Shown: in pieces, positions 21,527-31,628 of the stretch | Position numbering within the stretch: the first letter of the stretch is position 1 | Layout: each line of letters starts with the position of its first letter | From: Candidatus Thalassarchaeaceae archaeon | GTDB lineage: Archaea; Thermoplasmatota; Poseidoniia; Poseidoniales; Thalassarchaeaceae | Length of the DNA stretch: 55,086 nucleotides | NCBI GenBank assembly: GCA_030747395.1 | Contig: JASLKT010000003.1 | Location: forward strand, 1 to 55,086 | Direction: 5' to 3' | Made by a program: the position numbers and the translations under genes | Notes under the pieces: generated by a model | What the model was told of the DNA's origin: nothing | Databases searched by the model: none | The model's input: only the letters and a program-made list of their open reading frames with translations

Positions 21527-24307
21527 ATGAGTGATGAGGAATTATCTGCAAACCCGACCGATAGCCAGGTCCGACACACTGTCGATCAAGAAATGCAAAC
21601 ATCGTACATTAACTATGCAATGTCTGTGATTATTGGGCGGGCACTACCCGAAGTTAGAGACGGGTTGAAGCCGGTTCATCGCCGCGTATTGTTTGGCATG
21701 TATGAGGCAGGACACACATCTGACCGTTCATACTCCAAATCCGCCCGGTCCGTGGGTGAAGTCATGGGTAAATTCCACCCTCATGGTGACCAATCAATCT
21801 ATGATACAATGGTTCGAATGGCCCAAGATTTTAGCTTGCGATATCCACTGATAGATGGTCAAGGAAATTTTGGAAGCATCGATGGGGATAAGGCCGCCGC
21901 AATGCGCTATACCGAAAGTCGACTCGATCGATTGTCCAAGCATATGTTGGATGATATCAAGAAAGACACGGTTGATTTCCAACCAAACTTTGATGATTCA
22001 GAACAAGAGCCTCAGGTTTTGCCTGCTCGATTACCAAACTTACTCCTCAATGGAAGTGATGGTATTGCTGTTGGTATGGCCACAAAAATTCCACCTCATA
22101 ACCTCACAGAAGTGGCTTCTGCTGTTCACCTACATGTCGAACGAATCTTAGAGGATGGTGAAGAAAATGGAGATCCTGAAACACCCCCAACAATCGACAT
22201 GGGCGAATATATGCAACACATGAAGGGACCAGATTTCCCTACGGGTGCAACCGTCCACGGCATTGATGGAATACGCGACATGTATGAAACTGGACATGGC
22301 AAATTCCACATCCGTGCTGAGTGTGAAGTGTATGATGACCATAATGGGAAGAAAATTGTTGTCACAGAAATCCCATACCAGGTGAAGAAGGATGGGATGC
22401 TTGTAGGAATCGCCGAACTGGTGAGCAAGGAAACCGTCAAGGGGATTCGAGATATTCGCGATGAGTCAAGCAAGGAAGGCATCCGTGTTGTCATTGAAGT
22501 CAAACAAAATGCGGACCCGCATGCTGTGCTAAATCAGTTGTATCGCTCCAGTCGGCTTCAAGAATCATACTCTGCCAATATGATGGGAATTATCAACCGA
22601 CAACCCGTTCAACTGACACTCCCTGTCATACTACATGCTTACGTTCGGCATCGGGAAGAGGTCATTCGACGACGTACACAATTTGACCTTGCAAAGGCAG
22701 AAGCACGCGCACATGTTCTCGAAGGGCTTGTGAAAGCACAAGCACGGATTGATGATGTTGTCGTTGTTGGCAAAGGTGCTGAAAGTCGAGAGCACTTTGA
22801 AAAGATTCTTCGTGGTGAAGAAATATTTGGAAAAATTGCTGCTTTTGACTTCTCAGAACCACAAGCCAAAGCGATTGCCGAGCGTCGTCTGTATCAACTT
22901 TCAAAGATGGACACCAAGAAGGTCGACGATGAATTCAATGAACTCAAGATTGCCATCGCTGAATACAACGCAATCCTAAGCAGTCGGAATCGTCAACTGG
23001 AAATCCTGTTGAACGAATTGGATGAAATGGTTGAGAAACATGGTGATGAACGTAGAACAAATATCGACCCAATGCCACTTTCAATGGATAGAGAAGATCT
23101 TGTCGAAGAAAGAGCAATCGTCATCTCTCTATCTGAAGACAATTACATCCGCTACCTACCCGTTGAGGCGTTCCGAGTGCAAAACCGGGGCGGCAAGGGC
23201 CTGAAAGGTGTCACCACGAAGGATGAAGATTTCCCGAAATCAATCCTCACATGTTTCAGTAAGGATCGCCTCCTGATTTTCACAGATCAAGGTCGAGTCT
23301 ACGGGCTAAAGGCCTGGGAAACGCCACAAGGAAGTCGCCACAGTCGCGGAAGCCACATCCGAAACCTAATCGAAAGATTACGAGAGGATGAAAAAGTTGT
23401 CACGATTCTACCTATTTCCAAGGAATTACAGGAAAATCCAGATGGTCATTATCTTATCTTTGCGACTCACGAAGGTATCGTGAAACGCTCAAAACTAGGA
23501 GAATATGTTCGAATTAATCGGAATGGGAAGTATGCATTGAAATTCAAGTCCGAAGCAGATACACTGGTTGCAGTTCGTGAAGCAACGGACGAAGATCATA
23601 TTGTTCTCGTCTCAAAGAATGGGCGTGCTTGCAGATTCAAACCGAGCGAAACAAAGGAACTGAAAGATGGATCGATCGGCTTCACTGTCAAGGTCCAAGG
23701 TCGAGTTACGGCAGGCGTGAGAGGAATGAATCTCAAAGAAGGTGATTCAGTCGTTGGTATGATTGCAACATCCAATGAAGATACGCACGTCCTCACACTT
23801 TCGAAGTTTGGTATGGCAAAGCGAAGCCGACTCGGTGATGGTGAAATGCACGAATATCTCGAAAATGGAAAACCCGTTTTCGACGAAAAGACTGGGAAAA
23901 ACAAACTCTACCGTGATGGGTATCGCAAGACGAACAGAGGAGCTGGTGGCGTTGCTACCATGAAACTCGATGAGGAACATGGTGATGAAATTGTACGCGT
24001 GCACACGATTCCGGATCTTGGCGACCAACTTTTCCTCCTGACTGGAAAAGGTATGATGATTCGGGTGAGGGGGGACCAAACAAAGGAAACCACTGGCAAA
24101 TCCACGAAAGGTACGCGCGTCATGGAACTAAGGAACAAAGACAAAGATGGATTTGTTGATGAGATTATTTTCTCCGCTAGGCTACCAGCAGAACTGATTG
24201 ATGAAGATGACGAATTTGACACGATGGACACCAACCAAGATGGAGTCATTGATCGAGAAGAATTCGAAGCTGCAAAGCAAGAACTAGGTAGTGATGGAGA
24301 AGAGTGA
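21527..24307 (+). CDS. gyrA: DNA gyrase subunit A with C-terminal EF-hand-like motif
   Basis: 'DGLKPVHRR', 'HPHGD', active-site 'AAMRYTE', GyrA-box 'QNRGGKG'. Confidence 0.97.
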   Translation: MSDEELSANPTDSQVRHTVDQEMQTSYINYAMSVIIGRALPEVRDGLKPVHRRVLFGMYEAGHTSDRSYSKSARSVGEVMGKFHPHGDQSIYDTMVRMAQDFSLRYPLIDGQGNFGSIDGDKAAAMRYTESRLDRLSKHMLDDIKKDTVDFQPNFDDSEQEPQVLPARLPNLLLNGSDGIAVGMATKIPPHNLTEVASAVHLHVERILEDGEENGDPETPPTIDMGEYMQHMKGPDFPTGATVHGIDGIRDMYETGHGKFHIRAECEVYDDHNGKKIVVTEIPYQVKKDGMLVGIAELVSKETVKGIRDIRDESSKEGIRVVIEVKQNADPHAVLNQLYRSSRLQESYSANMMGIINRQPVQLTLPVILHAYVRHREEVIRRRTQFDLAKAEARAHVLEGLVKAQARIDDVVVVGKGAESREHFEKILRGEEIFGKIAAFDFSEPQAKAIAERRLYQLSKMDTKKVDDEFNELKIAIAEYNAILSSRNRQLEILLNELDEMVEKHGDERRTNIDPMPLSMDREDLVEERAIVISLSEDNYIRYLPVEAFRVQNRGGKGLKGVTTKDEDFPKSILTCFSKDRLLIFTDQGRVYGLKAWETPQGSRHSRGSHIRNLIERLREDEKVVTILPISKELQENPDGHYLIFATHEGIVKRSKLGEYVRINRNGKYALKFKSEADTLVAVREATDEDHIVLVSKNGRACRFKPSETKELKDGSIGFTVKVQGRVTAGVRGMNLKEGDSVVGMIATSNEDTHVLTLSKFGMAKRSRLGDGEMHEYLENGKPVFDEKTGKNKLYRDGYRKTNRGAGGVATMKLDEEHGDEIVRVHTIPDLGDQLFLLTGKGMMIRVRGDQTKETTGKSTKGTRVMELRNKDKDGFVDEIIFSARLPAELIDEDDEFDTMDTNQDGVIDREEFEAAKQELGSDGEE

Positions 24308-24352
24308 ACAAACCACTCGCCTTAAATGAAAAATGCGGGTCGTGCGGCTGCT

Positions 24353-24439
24353 GCGACGTTCGCATAGCCTGGCCATCGCGCTGGATTGCTAATCCAGTGG
24401 GTTTTACCCTCGGGAGTTCAAATCTCCCACGTCGCGCCA
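24353..24439 (+). tRNA. tRNA-Ser (GCT)
   Basis: Acceptor GCGACGT/ACGTCGC plus GCCA; anticodon arm CTGGA-TTGCTAA-TCCAG; long variable arm; T-arm GGGAG-TTCAAAT-CTCCC. Confidence 0.92.
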
Positions 24440-27400
24440 TCAATCGAAGAAGTCTTCGAGTTCGTCTGCAAATTCATCTGCATCTGAAAATCGACTAGCA
24501 CGTGCTCGCTTTCGCTTGAGTTTGACCCTCTGTTCTTTGAACTTGTTAACCAGCATTGGAACCATTAGAATGTTCATCACGCTCAATGCAATGCAAATGA
24601 TTCCAGCCTGTTGGAACGCACCGGATTTCAGATCATTCTGAAGCCGACCATCCCACGGATAGGTGCAGGACCCATCCTCAATCAGGGCATCAGGGTCGTA
24701 ATTCTCTGCCGTGTTGTCCCTACAACCTTCAATGGGAGGCTGATTGTAAGGATATTCCCAGAACATATCATTCACTTCAACTTCGACGGCATTGCTATCA
24801 CGAACGAGATAGTCACTGTTCTCAACCGCATCAAATGGAATGAGAACATAGTAGTAGAATTGCTCGACCTTGATTGACTCGCGCAGTCCACTTTCTGTTT
24901 CATTGTACCAAGCGGTTTCTCCAGGGTTGCCTTCCAATCCAATCTCTAGAGGCTCCATGAATGTGACACTGGGAAGTACAACTTGGGAACGATAGAGGTT
25001 CCAAGTGAGGGGGCCTTCATCATCAATTTCAGGCCATGTCCAACTTACGTGAACCGAATGTCGCTTGGAATTATTATCAAATAACACCACAGCATCCATG
25101 TTTCCGACAGTGGTCTCCGGATCGGAATTATCAACACAAGCTTCAGAGACAATCATGCGCTGTTCGGTTGGATCCCATACACCATTGGATACATTTCCAA
25201 ACCGCCAATCAACCAAACCAGCACGCGAATGGGACATCACAAGATAAGACAAGCAAGTTCCTTCCTCCCAGAAGTTGGGGTCCTGCCATGATTCACTGTC
25301 CGCAGACACGTCAGTGATGGCGTACCCACCCGTTGATCCACTGAAATGGCTTGCAGAATCATAGGGGAAAATGAAGCGGAAGCTGTCCTTTCTGAAAATT
25401 CTCCAACCTCCGAAATATGGGTTTTCATGATCACCTTCATTATCCCAAGAAAGTTTTACTTGGCCGTCTTGTTGTAGAACCATTGTTAGATTTGCAGGAT
25501 TCACTTCGACTGGATTTAGTTCACCGATAATCATGAATGAACCACCGTTATCCTGAGTTGCCATTAAGTGAAGTGAACCATTGTTGATTACTGTATAACT
25601 TTCGCTACCGGTCAATTCAGTTGTTACAGTGCCGTCCCAATCTGTTAAGCGCACCAACTCCACGGTCGACTGATTGATTGCTGGAGGAAGGAATTGGTTC
25701 AAATCAAGCCAAGCTTCCATACTATCTACGTTGATGGCAACACCATACGGTGAAGTCATTGTCAGGTTGAACATTGCCAAAGGTTCCTTGCCTTTGTTAT
25801 ATGCAGATGGATAGAATACTCCTGGCGGTGGTAATTGGGGCTCATCAAAGGTGAGTTCCATCGAATATGTGGAAATTGCAACACCGCCTGTGACATGAGG
25901 CATTGACTGAAGTTCTACACGGTTAAGGATTCGAACGGGTTGGGTTGCGATTTCTAGGTTCCCGACCTCATCAGTGACATAGAGAGTCAGGACCCATTCG
26001 CCCATAGGCAATGTGATATTGGTGACTGCCCCATAGCCCAATATCTCCATGAAATTCATTCTCCACGTGTAATTCAGTGGCATCGGCGCCTGCGGATCGA
26101 CAGCAGCGACTGCGAGAATGTTCTGCCCAGTTTCATACACAGCAGAGGGGGTTGGGTTTGCAATGGTTGGATTGATAGCGCCAAAATCAATGATAATGCC
26201 CATCTCAAACCAATTGTCACTAGGTAGTGAATCAATATGGCCATCAGTGGTTGTAATCGAAGCATTGAGGGTGTAAAGGCCGGTAGATGCGAAATCGAAA
26301 TCACAACTGATTTCTTCGCCTGGTGTTAATGTCATATCACAAGTGTAGGGACCTGATGCGAATTCGTTTGTAACCAAATTGTAAAGATTCACTTCAACCC
26401 GAGACGCTGCCGTCACCCATCCAATATTCCCCGAAACAACTCGAATCGATTGCTCACCATATGGGAACCGAACAAGATATTCGCCCCCTTGCAACACATA
26501 CGAGGTAGTGCCTCTGGCAGGTACAACCTCGCGAATCCACAAGTCAGTGGTGTCATTGACTGTGAGTTCGAAAAATATCAGGTCATTGTGTGTATTTGGA
26601 TCCAAAAATGTCCCATTCACCCACGAACGAACTTCAAAAACACCGGCAAAGGGAGCCACGATGTCTGGCAGTGGGATACTTGCTGAACCAAATGTGCCGC
26701 TATACCCCCCCACTTCATGGCTATCTTCTGCAACTTGAATTTCAAAAACAGTCATTGTTACAGTGAAGCAAATCGTACCATTTTGAATATCAGTGTTGTA
26801 TTGTTGATTTTGAACAGTGGCATCGCCGGTGAATCCCCAGTATTCTGTGTAAATTTCACTTCCGTTGTGTGTAGCCGTAATTTGCACGGTGTGATCCACA
26901 CCATACTCAGAACCTGATACGGCGATATTCCCTAGAATTTTTGTGGAGGTGTTGCTAATGCCCACTTGGATATCAAACGGTGAATGATACGCACTGGATA
27001 CTGTGTCGTAATGAGTTGCGGTGTGAATAATCAATTCACCTGAACCGTCTTGATCTGGCAAGCCAGTGAAATTTAGGTCCCAATCTACACAATCCTCTGA
27101 TTCAGCCACCAATGGGTTGACCAAATGCATTGACCAATGGGTCGAGAAATTTTGAGTTGCGGGCCAAGAACGGCTACGGATGTCAAGATTTGCAGGGATG
27201 GGCGTATTGCTATTGTAAACCTCTGAAGTGTCTACATCGTGGCCATTGGCAATTAAATCAATCAAATCATCCTCAATTGTAATCGTATATCGGATGTGAT
27301 CATTGATTGGGTTGTTATCTTCAACTGCAAAATGGAACATCACGGTGAATACACCGGAATATGTTGAGATATCGGCGCTATCAACGAACCATAAGAATGA

Positions 27401-27793
27401 CCAAAAGGACACAATCGCGGAATCCCCATCCACCCCAGAACGATTGAGGTTGGGGGACTGTGCTGAACCTTCCTTGACCATATGTGCGGCTGGACAGTTT
27501 GCCAATTCAACCCAATCACCACCACAAATTTCTAAATCGATTGTGCGTGCATCAGCATTGAAACTATATTGGTTTTTGACTAAAACCGAGGGGGTCCAGT
27601 CAATGAGATCGTTTGTGTCAAAATGAATTTCGGGCATTGGTTCAATCGCAGAAACAATGGCCACATCATCGCTGGCAATACTGGCTTGAACAGGGCCCAA
27701 AAATGCCATGAAAGAACTCAAAATCATGAGCAAAACTATGCCGCTAGCACGGTGTTGATTCCGCGCCCGTAGGGCGCGTTGCACTGAACCCAT
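24440..27793 (-). CDS. Large secreted surface protein (CARDB/Ig/FN3-like segments) with C-terminal TM
   Basis: Signal peptide ending 'GPVQA'; acidic beta-rich body; 'GCRDNTAENYDPDALIEDGSCTY' Cys motif; TM plus basic tail. Confidence 0.8.
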   Translation of the reverse strand: MGSVQRALRARNQHRASGIVLLMILSSFMAFLGPVQASIASDDVAIVSAIEPMPEIHFDTNDLIDWTPSVLVKNQYSFNADARTIDLEICGGDWVELANCPAAHMVKEGSAQSPNLNRSGVDGDSAIVSFWSFLWFVDSADISTYSGVFTVMFHFAVEDNNPINDHIRYTITIEDDLIDLIANGHDVDTSEVYNSNTPIPANLDIRSRSWPATQNFSTHWSMHLVNPLVAESEDCVDWDLNFTGLPDQDGSGELIIHTATHYDTVSSAYHSPFDIQVGISNTSTKILGNIAVSGSEYGVDHTVQITATHNGSEIYTEYWGFTGDATVQNQQYNTDIQNGTICFTVTMTVFEIQVAEDSHEVGGYSGTFGSASIPLPDIVAPFAGVFEVRSWVNGTFLDPNTHNDLIFFELTVNDTTDLWIREVVPARGTTSYVLQGGEYLVRFPYGEQSIRVVSGNIGWVTAASRVEVNLYNLVTNEFASGPYTCDMTLTPGEEISCDFDFASTGLYTLNASITTTDGHIDSLPSDNWFEMGIIIDFGAINPTIANPTPSAVYETGQNILAVAAVDPQAPMPLNYTWRMNFMEILGYGAVTNITLPMGEWVLTLYVTDEVGNLEIATQPVRILNRVELQSMPHVTGGVAISTYSMELTFDEPQLPPPGVFYPSAYNKGKEPLAMFNLTMTSPYGVAINVDSMEAWLDLNQFLPPAINQSTVELVRLTDWDGTVTTELTGSESYTVINNGSLHLMATQDNGGSFMIIGELNPVEVNPANLTMVLQQDGQVKLSWDNEGDHENPYFGGWRIFRKDSFRFIFPYDSASHFSGSTGGYAITDVSADSESWQDPNFWEEGTCLSYLVMSHSRAGLVDWRFGNVSNGVWDPTEQRMIVSEACVDNSDPETTVGNMDAVVLFDNNSKRHSVHVSWTWPEIDDEGPLTWNLYRSQVVLPSVTFMEPLEIGLEGNPGETAWYNETESGLRESIKVEQFYYYVLIPFDAVENSDYLVRDSNAVEVEVNDMFWEYPYNQPPIEGCRDNTAENYDPDALIEDGSCTYPWDGRLQNDLKSGAFQQAGIICIALSVMNILMVPMLVNKFKEQRVKLKRKRARASRFSDADEFADELEDFFD

Positions 27794-27915
27794 TGAAGCG
27801 ACGACTCCAAACGGCCCGTAAATACCCCTCGGCGAACCGATACAGTGTCAGAAGGATTGTGGCATGCAAAGGAATGGGCCACAGGGTTGATGGATGCGAC
27901 CTTTATGGCGACCTG

Positions 27916-28992
27916 ATGAGGCGAGATGGGGGGGCGGTCGCCAATGCACGAAAAGTGCATGATGAGAGTGGGGTTACTGCGGTCGTTGAATTCCTTTCTG
28001 CCTTCGTTTTATTTTTGGTGATTGTCAGCGCTTTTCTTGCACTCAGCCAGTTGAAACTTGGTAGCAATGTTGCCGATGTCGATCGACTTGATCAAATGGC
28101 CATTGATGGCCTTGAAAGATTCACAGATTCCAAGGGTCATGTCGTCTTGAGATATGATGGGATTCGAGACACGGCAAATGCAACCGATGATTGGCAAAAT
28201 TACGACGCCAGCACATTGCTAACAGCGGATTTGCTCCCAGCCATTGGAGATGGGAAAGGTCATTTGGATATGAATCGGATCTTGGCACTTGGAAATGTGA
28301 CTGAAGATCGGCTCATTCATGGCCTTGGAATCGATGAGGGATTAAGTCTGAATCTAACAATCATAGTCGTCCAGAGTTCTGATGAATCAAGCATTGGAGA
28401 AATCATATTCTCTGATGGGTCCGCGCGCTCAGGTGCAACGCGTGGTGCGACAGCCAGTCGGATTATGCATTTGGATGGCGATTCTGTGCGCGTGACTTTG
28501 GAAGTACACAACGCTGGCAGAGACCCATCAGGGCTACGAATTACAGAATTCATGGCGGATCCATTGAATGGGCCCCCTGAATGGATTGAATTGGAAAACC
28601 CGGATGGATTTGCAATGAATCTCTCAGGATGGAGCCTCTCACGGCCGGGGGCATTTGAGCTGATTCAAGATGGGGCCTTGGCTGCCGGAGGTAGAGTCAT
28701 TTGTACGGGCAACGCAATTACACAGTACAATCCAAACAATGCGATGATGATTGACATGGGTTCTACAGGTGTTCTCGGAACGGGGACGATTGATGCATTG
28801 ACTGTGGAAGGCGACACTATCACACTTGGTTGGACTCGTCCGGGTACTGTTCTCACGCATGACGTAATTGTAGTGAATTGGGATGGTTCATGGGACATCC
28901 AGGCCAACCATTCGATGACATACAACTTGGGCGGTTCACCGAGTAGTTCAACGAATTGGACTGCAGTGGACGGCGGTACCCCCGGTTGGTGA
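27916..28992 (+). CDS. Pilin-like (class III signal) protein with C-terminal lamin-tail-like domain
   Basis: 'DESG-VTAVVEFLSAFVLFLVIVSAFL' N-terminus; 'LRITEFMADP...EWIELENPDG.AMNLSGWSL' lamin-tail motif; start moved to ATG 27916. Confidence 0.7.
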   Translation: MRRDGGAVANARKVHDESGVTAVVEFLSAFVLFLVIVSAFLALSQLKLGSNVADVDRLDQMAIDGLERFTDSKGHVVLRYDGIRDTANATDDWQNYDASTLLTADLLPAIGDGKGHLDMNRILALGNVTEDRLIHGLGIDEGLSLNLTIIVVQSSDESSIGEIIFSDGSARSGATRGATASRIMHLDGDSVRVTLEVHNAGRDPSGLRITEFMADPLNGPPEWIELENPDGFAMNLSGWSLSRPGAFELIQDGALAAGGRVICTGNAITQYNPNNAMMIDMGSTGVLGTGTIDALTVEGDTITLGWTRPGTVLTHDVIVVNWDGSWDIQANHSMTYNLGGSPSSSTNWTAVDGGTPGW

Positions 28993-29072
28993 AGAAACTC
29001 GTTAGGCAGGCCATTTCGGCACTGTTGAGTCAATCGGCTTATCTACGGCCTGTTGAATCGCGCACCGTTCCC

Positions 29073-29834
29073 ATGATGCCGACCCCGCAGTACGAGCGTG
29101 ACAGGTGTGTCACAGGAATACCGGGCTTGGATGAGATTTTGCGTGGTGGAATCCCTTACGGTTCGACTGTTCTTGTCGCTGGAACCTGTGGTTCAGGTAA
29201 GACGACAATGTGCATGGAATTCCTTGTAAATGGAGCAAACAATGGAGAGGCTTGTGCCCATTTTTCTGCCACAGAACCCTCTGTAAAACTTCTTGAGAAC
29301 GTCCGACAGTTCGACTTTTTCGAAATGCGATTGGTCGATCAAGGTTTGATCAACGTCTTCGACATGGATGTTCTGTTCTCATGGCTGGGAATGACCAAGT
29401 CCACGTTTGAATTATCAGATATTGATGCCATGGTCAAATCGATTACAGATATTGTCAATACGATTGGTGTGACGCGATTGGTGATTGATTCCGTCACAAC
29501 ATTGTGCTACAAAATTCCAAGTGAACAATTGATACGGGACTTCTTGTTCAAACTAGGAAAGGCTCTTGCAACACTCGGTTGCACTGCACTACTGGTCTCA
29601 GAAATCACATCTTCAGGCGCCAAAGCATACTGGTCCTCATTCGGAGTGGAAGAAGCTATTCTCGATGGGATCATTGTTCTTGGAGATGTAGAACGAATGG
29701 GTCACCTCCTACGCTTTGTCCAAGTTGTCAAAATGAGAGGGACGTCTCACGCACGCGCGAAGTATGCTCTAGAATTGACACCAAAAGGCGTCATGCTAAC
29801 ACCGATGTTGAAGTGGGGTGCTGTGAATGATTGA
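29073..29834 (+). CDS. KaiC/RAD55-like ATPase with intact motifs
   Basis: 'TGIPGLDEILRGGIP', Walker A GTCGSGKT, Walker B LVIDS, 'DGIIVL', 'VKMRG'. Confidence 0.92.
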   Translation: MMPTPQYERDRCVTGIPGLDEILRGGIPYGSTVLVAGTCGSGKTTMCMEFLVNGANNGEACAHFSATEPSVKLLENVRQFDFFEMRLVDQGLINVFDMDVLFSWLGMTKSTFELSDIDAMVKSITDIVNTIGVTRLVIDSVTTLCYKIPSEQLIRDFLFKLGKALATLGCTALLVSEITSSGAKAYWSSFGVEEAILDGIIVLGDVERMGHLLRFVQVVKMRGTSHARAKYALELTPKGVMLTPMLKWGAVND

Positions 29835-30414
29835 GTTAGATACTGGGATTGCACAGCAATTGGCTGAAGAAGCCACACCCGCATCTGCCATTCAAGTGCG
29901 TGTGGGTACAAGTAATTCAGAACTGATTATTGCCTCGATATTGCAACCTCTAATCCAGGGTTTTGAAATGAGAGGTGTTTACATTTGTGCATCTCGCAGT
30001 GCGGCTGAAATTATCCAAAATCTAGAACTGATTGGGATTGACCCAAGTGGAATTCAGTTCATCGATACGGTGTCCAGTGGTTTCATCGGAGGCACTGAAG
30101 TCCCATATCCGAATATTCGCTTTGTAGACAGTCCCATCATGCTAGAATCAATTATGTTGCAGACATTGTACCATCTGAGCGAATACACTGAAACTGGAAA
30201 CTTTGTTCTTCTAGATTCGGTGAATGCTCTGTCGATTTACAATGAGAAGCGGATGTTGGCAGAATACCTCCACACATTCATCAACACATTCCGCGCGCGA
30301 GAGGTTCTGACGGCTATTGTCAACGTTCCTGATCAGACGCCGCCTGGTGTCTTGGCAAATTTGGATTTGTATTGTACTGACCTTATCGACCGGGGACAGG
30401 TCGTCATTCATTGA
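29827..30414 (+). CDS. Degenerate KaiC/RecA-fold-like protein without Walker A
   Basis: 'GVYIC', 'IQFIDTVS', 'FVLLDSVNALSIYN' resemble inactive KaiC-like domains; overlaps the upstream stop. Confidence 0.6.
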   Translation: MIELDTGIAQQLAEEATPASAIQVRVGTSNSELIIASILQPLIQGFEMRGVYICASRSAAEIIQNLELIGIDPSGIQFIDTVSSGFIGGTEVPYPNIRFVDSPIMLESIMLQTLYHLSEYTETGNFVLLDSVNALSIYNEKRMLAEYLHTFINTFRAREVLTAIVNVPDQTPPGVLANLDLYCTDLIDRGQVVIH

Positions 30415-30427
30415 GAGGTGTTGATAC

Positions 30428-31249
30428 ATGACAACTTCAATTCGATTCGATGCAGATGATGAAGAGTTCTATGGAGATATGGCGAGTATTGGTTCGGCCA
30501 AATTCGATGCGATTCTCACAGGTAAGGCACTCAATGAAGGAAGTATTCCCCGAGGATTTACGCTGTTGGCCATTGGTAACCAAGGTGCTGGAATGGATCT
30601 GTTTGGAAAACAATTTGCTTCTGTTGCCGAAGATACAGCGAATACACTTCTCGTATCTACAGCTGAAAGCCAAGCCGAAATTCTCTCACTGTTCAAACGC
30701 TATGACTGGCCAACAGACATCATGGTAAGAACCATGGGTGAAGAGTACAATCGCAACGTTCTCGAGAGAGATTTGAGGGCTAGCAAATATCGCCTTGAAG
30801 GATTTACAATGCAGGACATTCAACGGCTTGCACAAACACGATTCGTTGAAAATGAAGTCCATGATTACCTTACAGACCTAACAAGCCAGATGACTTCCCT
30901 ACCCTCCTACTTCAGAGCGGCTGTTGACAATTTGGACTTTTTCTTCGCCAGAAATGAACCGTCTCGTGTTGTTTCGATGCTGCGCATGATTCAAGCACAC
31001 ACACAATTACACCGCGGCATCCTTTTACTCAATGTGTCAAGCGATATGGTTGACAAATCCGTTGTTCGGGAATTGTATTCAATTTGTGATATCGTAATGG
31101 AATTTGAAGTCGGCATGATGGGAACTGATTTTGAAACTCGGATGGTCATTCGAAAATTCCGCAACGGGCCTGAGAATCTCAAAGCGATTTCATTCCGTGT
31201 CACCAAGGATGAAGCCATCACACCAGAAACAGTGGAACGCATTGCTTGA
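30428..31249 (+). CDS. KaiC/RAD55-like protein with degenerate Walker A
   Basis: 'GSIPRG..LLAIGNQGAGMD' (Lys replaced by Met), 'STAES', 'CDIVMEF', 'IRKFRN'; GAGGTG SD. Confidence 0.8.
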   Translation: MTTSIRFDADDEEFYGDMASIGSAKFDAILTGKALNEGSIPRGFTLLAIGNQGAGMDLFGKQFASVAEDTANTLLVSTAESQAEILSLFKRYDWPTDIMVRTMGEEYNRNVLERDLRASKYRLEGFTMQDIQRLAQTRFVENEVHDYLTDLTSQMTSLPSYFRAAVDNLDFFFARNEPSRVVSMLRMIQAHTQLHRGILLLNVSSDMVDKSVVRELYSICDIVMEFEVGMMGTDFETRMVIRKFRNGPENLKAISFRVTKDEAITPETVERIA

Positions 31250-31250
31250 G

Positions 31251-31379
31251 TGATCCAACTGGTAGCCGAGCGAATTCGGAGGGGTGGCGAGGCGGGAAGC
31301 CCACTGCAACCCCATCCCACTATCGATTCCATTGCAGAGGGTTTTCGGATAGACCCTTGCAATATGTTCAGTTGGATTA
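31251..31379 (+). ncRNA. Candidate structured RNA (four-way junction), family unknown
   Basis: Closing stem 31251-31261/31369-31379 encloses three hairpins; G-U wobbles in three stems favour the + strand. Confidence 0.45.
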
Positions 31380-31418
31380 TTCGATAGGTAATTAGGGGGC
31401 GTGAAATCATAGAGGTTT

Positions 31419-31580
31419 ATGGTAGCACAACCAGGCGACGACAATTATTGCAATGATTGTGGAGAATGTTCAGAGGAAGAGATGAAGGAATTCCCTATTG
31501 AGTTATGCGAAGTCTGCGAAAAACTCGTGTGTAGTAGATGCACACATTCGAATTGCGGACCCCTTGAGATGTTTGAGTAG
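31419..31580 (+). CDS. 53-aa Cys-rich putative zinc-finger microprotein
   Basis: Manual translation MVAQPGDDNYCNDCGECSEEEMKEFPIELCEVCEKLVCSRCTHSNCGPLEMFE*; GAGGT upstream; too short for the ORF track. Confidence 0.7.
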   Translation: MVAQPGDDNYCNDCGECSEEEMKEFPIELCEVCEKLVCSRCTHSNCGPLEMFE

Positions 31581-31628
31581 ACATTGATCCGGAATCGCGT
31601 TTCAAAGGGCCCCCTCTGAAAATGTAGT

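Noticed and set aside
29073..31249. KaiC-like genes as a true circadian clock
   Set aside because: Single-domain proteins with no kaiA/kaiB in the window; better treated as generic archaeal KaiC-like regulators.
31251..31379. Structured element as 5S rRNA, cobalamin riboswitch or hammerhead ribozyme
   Set aside because: Size resembles 5S, but conserved CCGAAC/GAAGTTAAG motifs are missing; B12-box elements are not in the right order; no CUGAUGA core.
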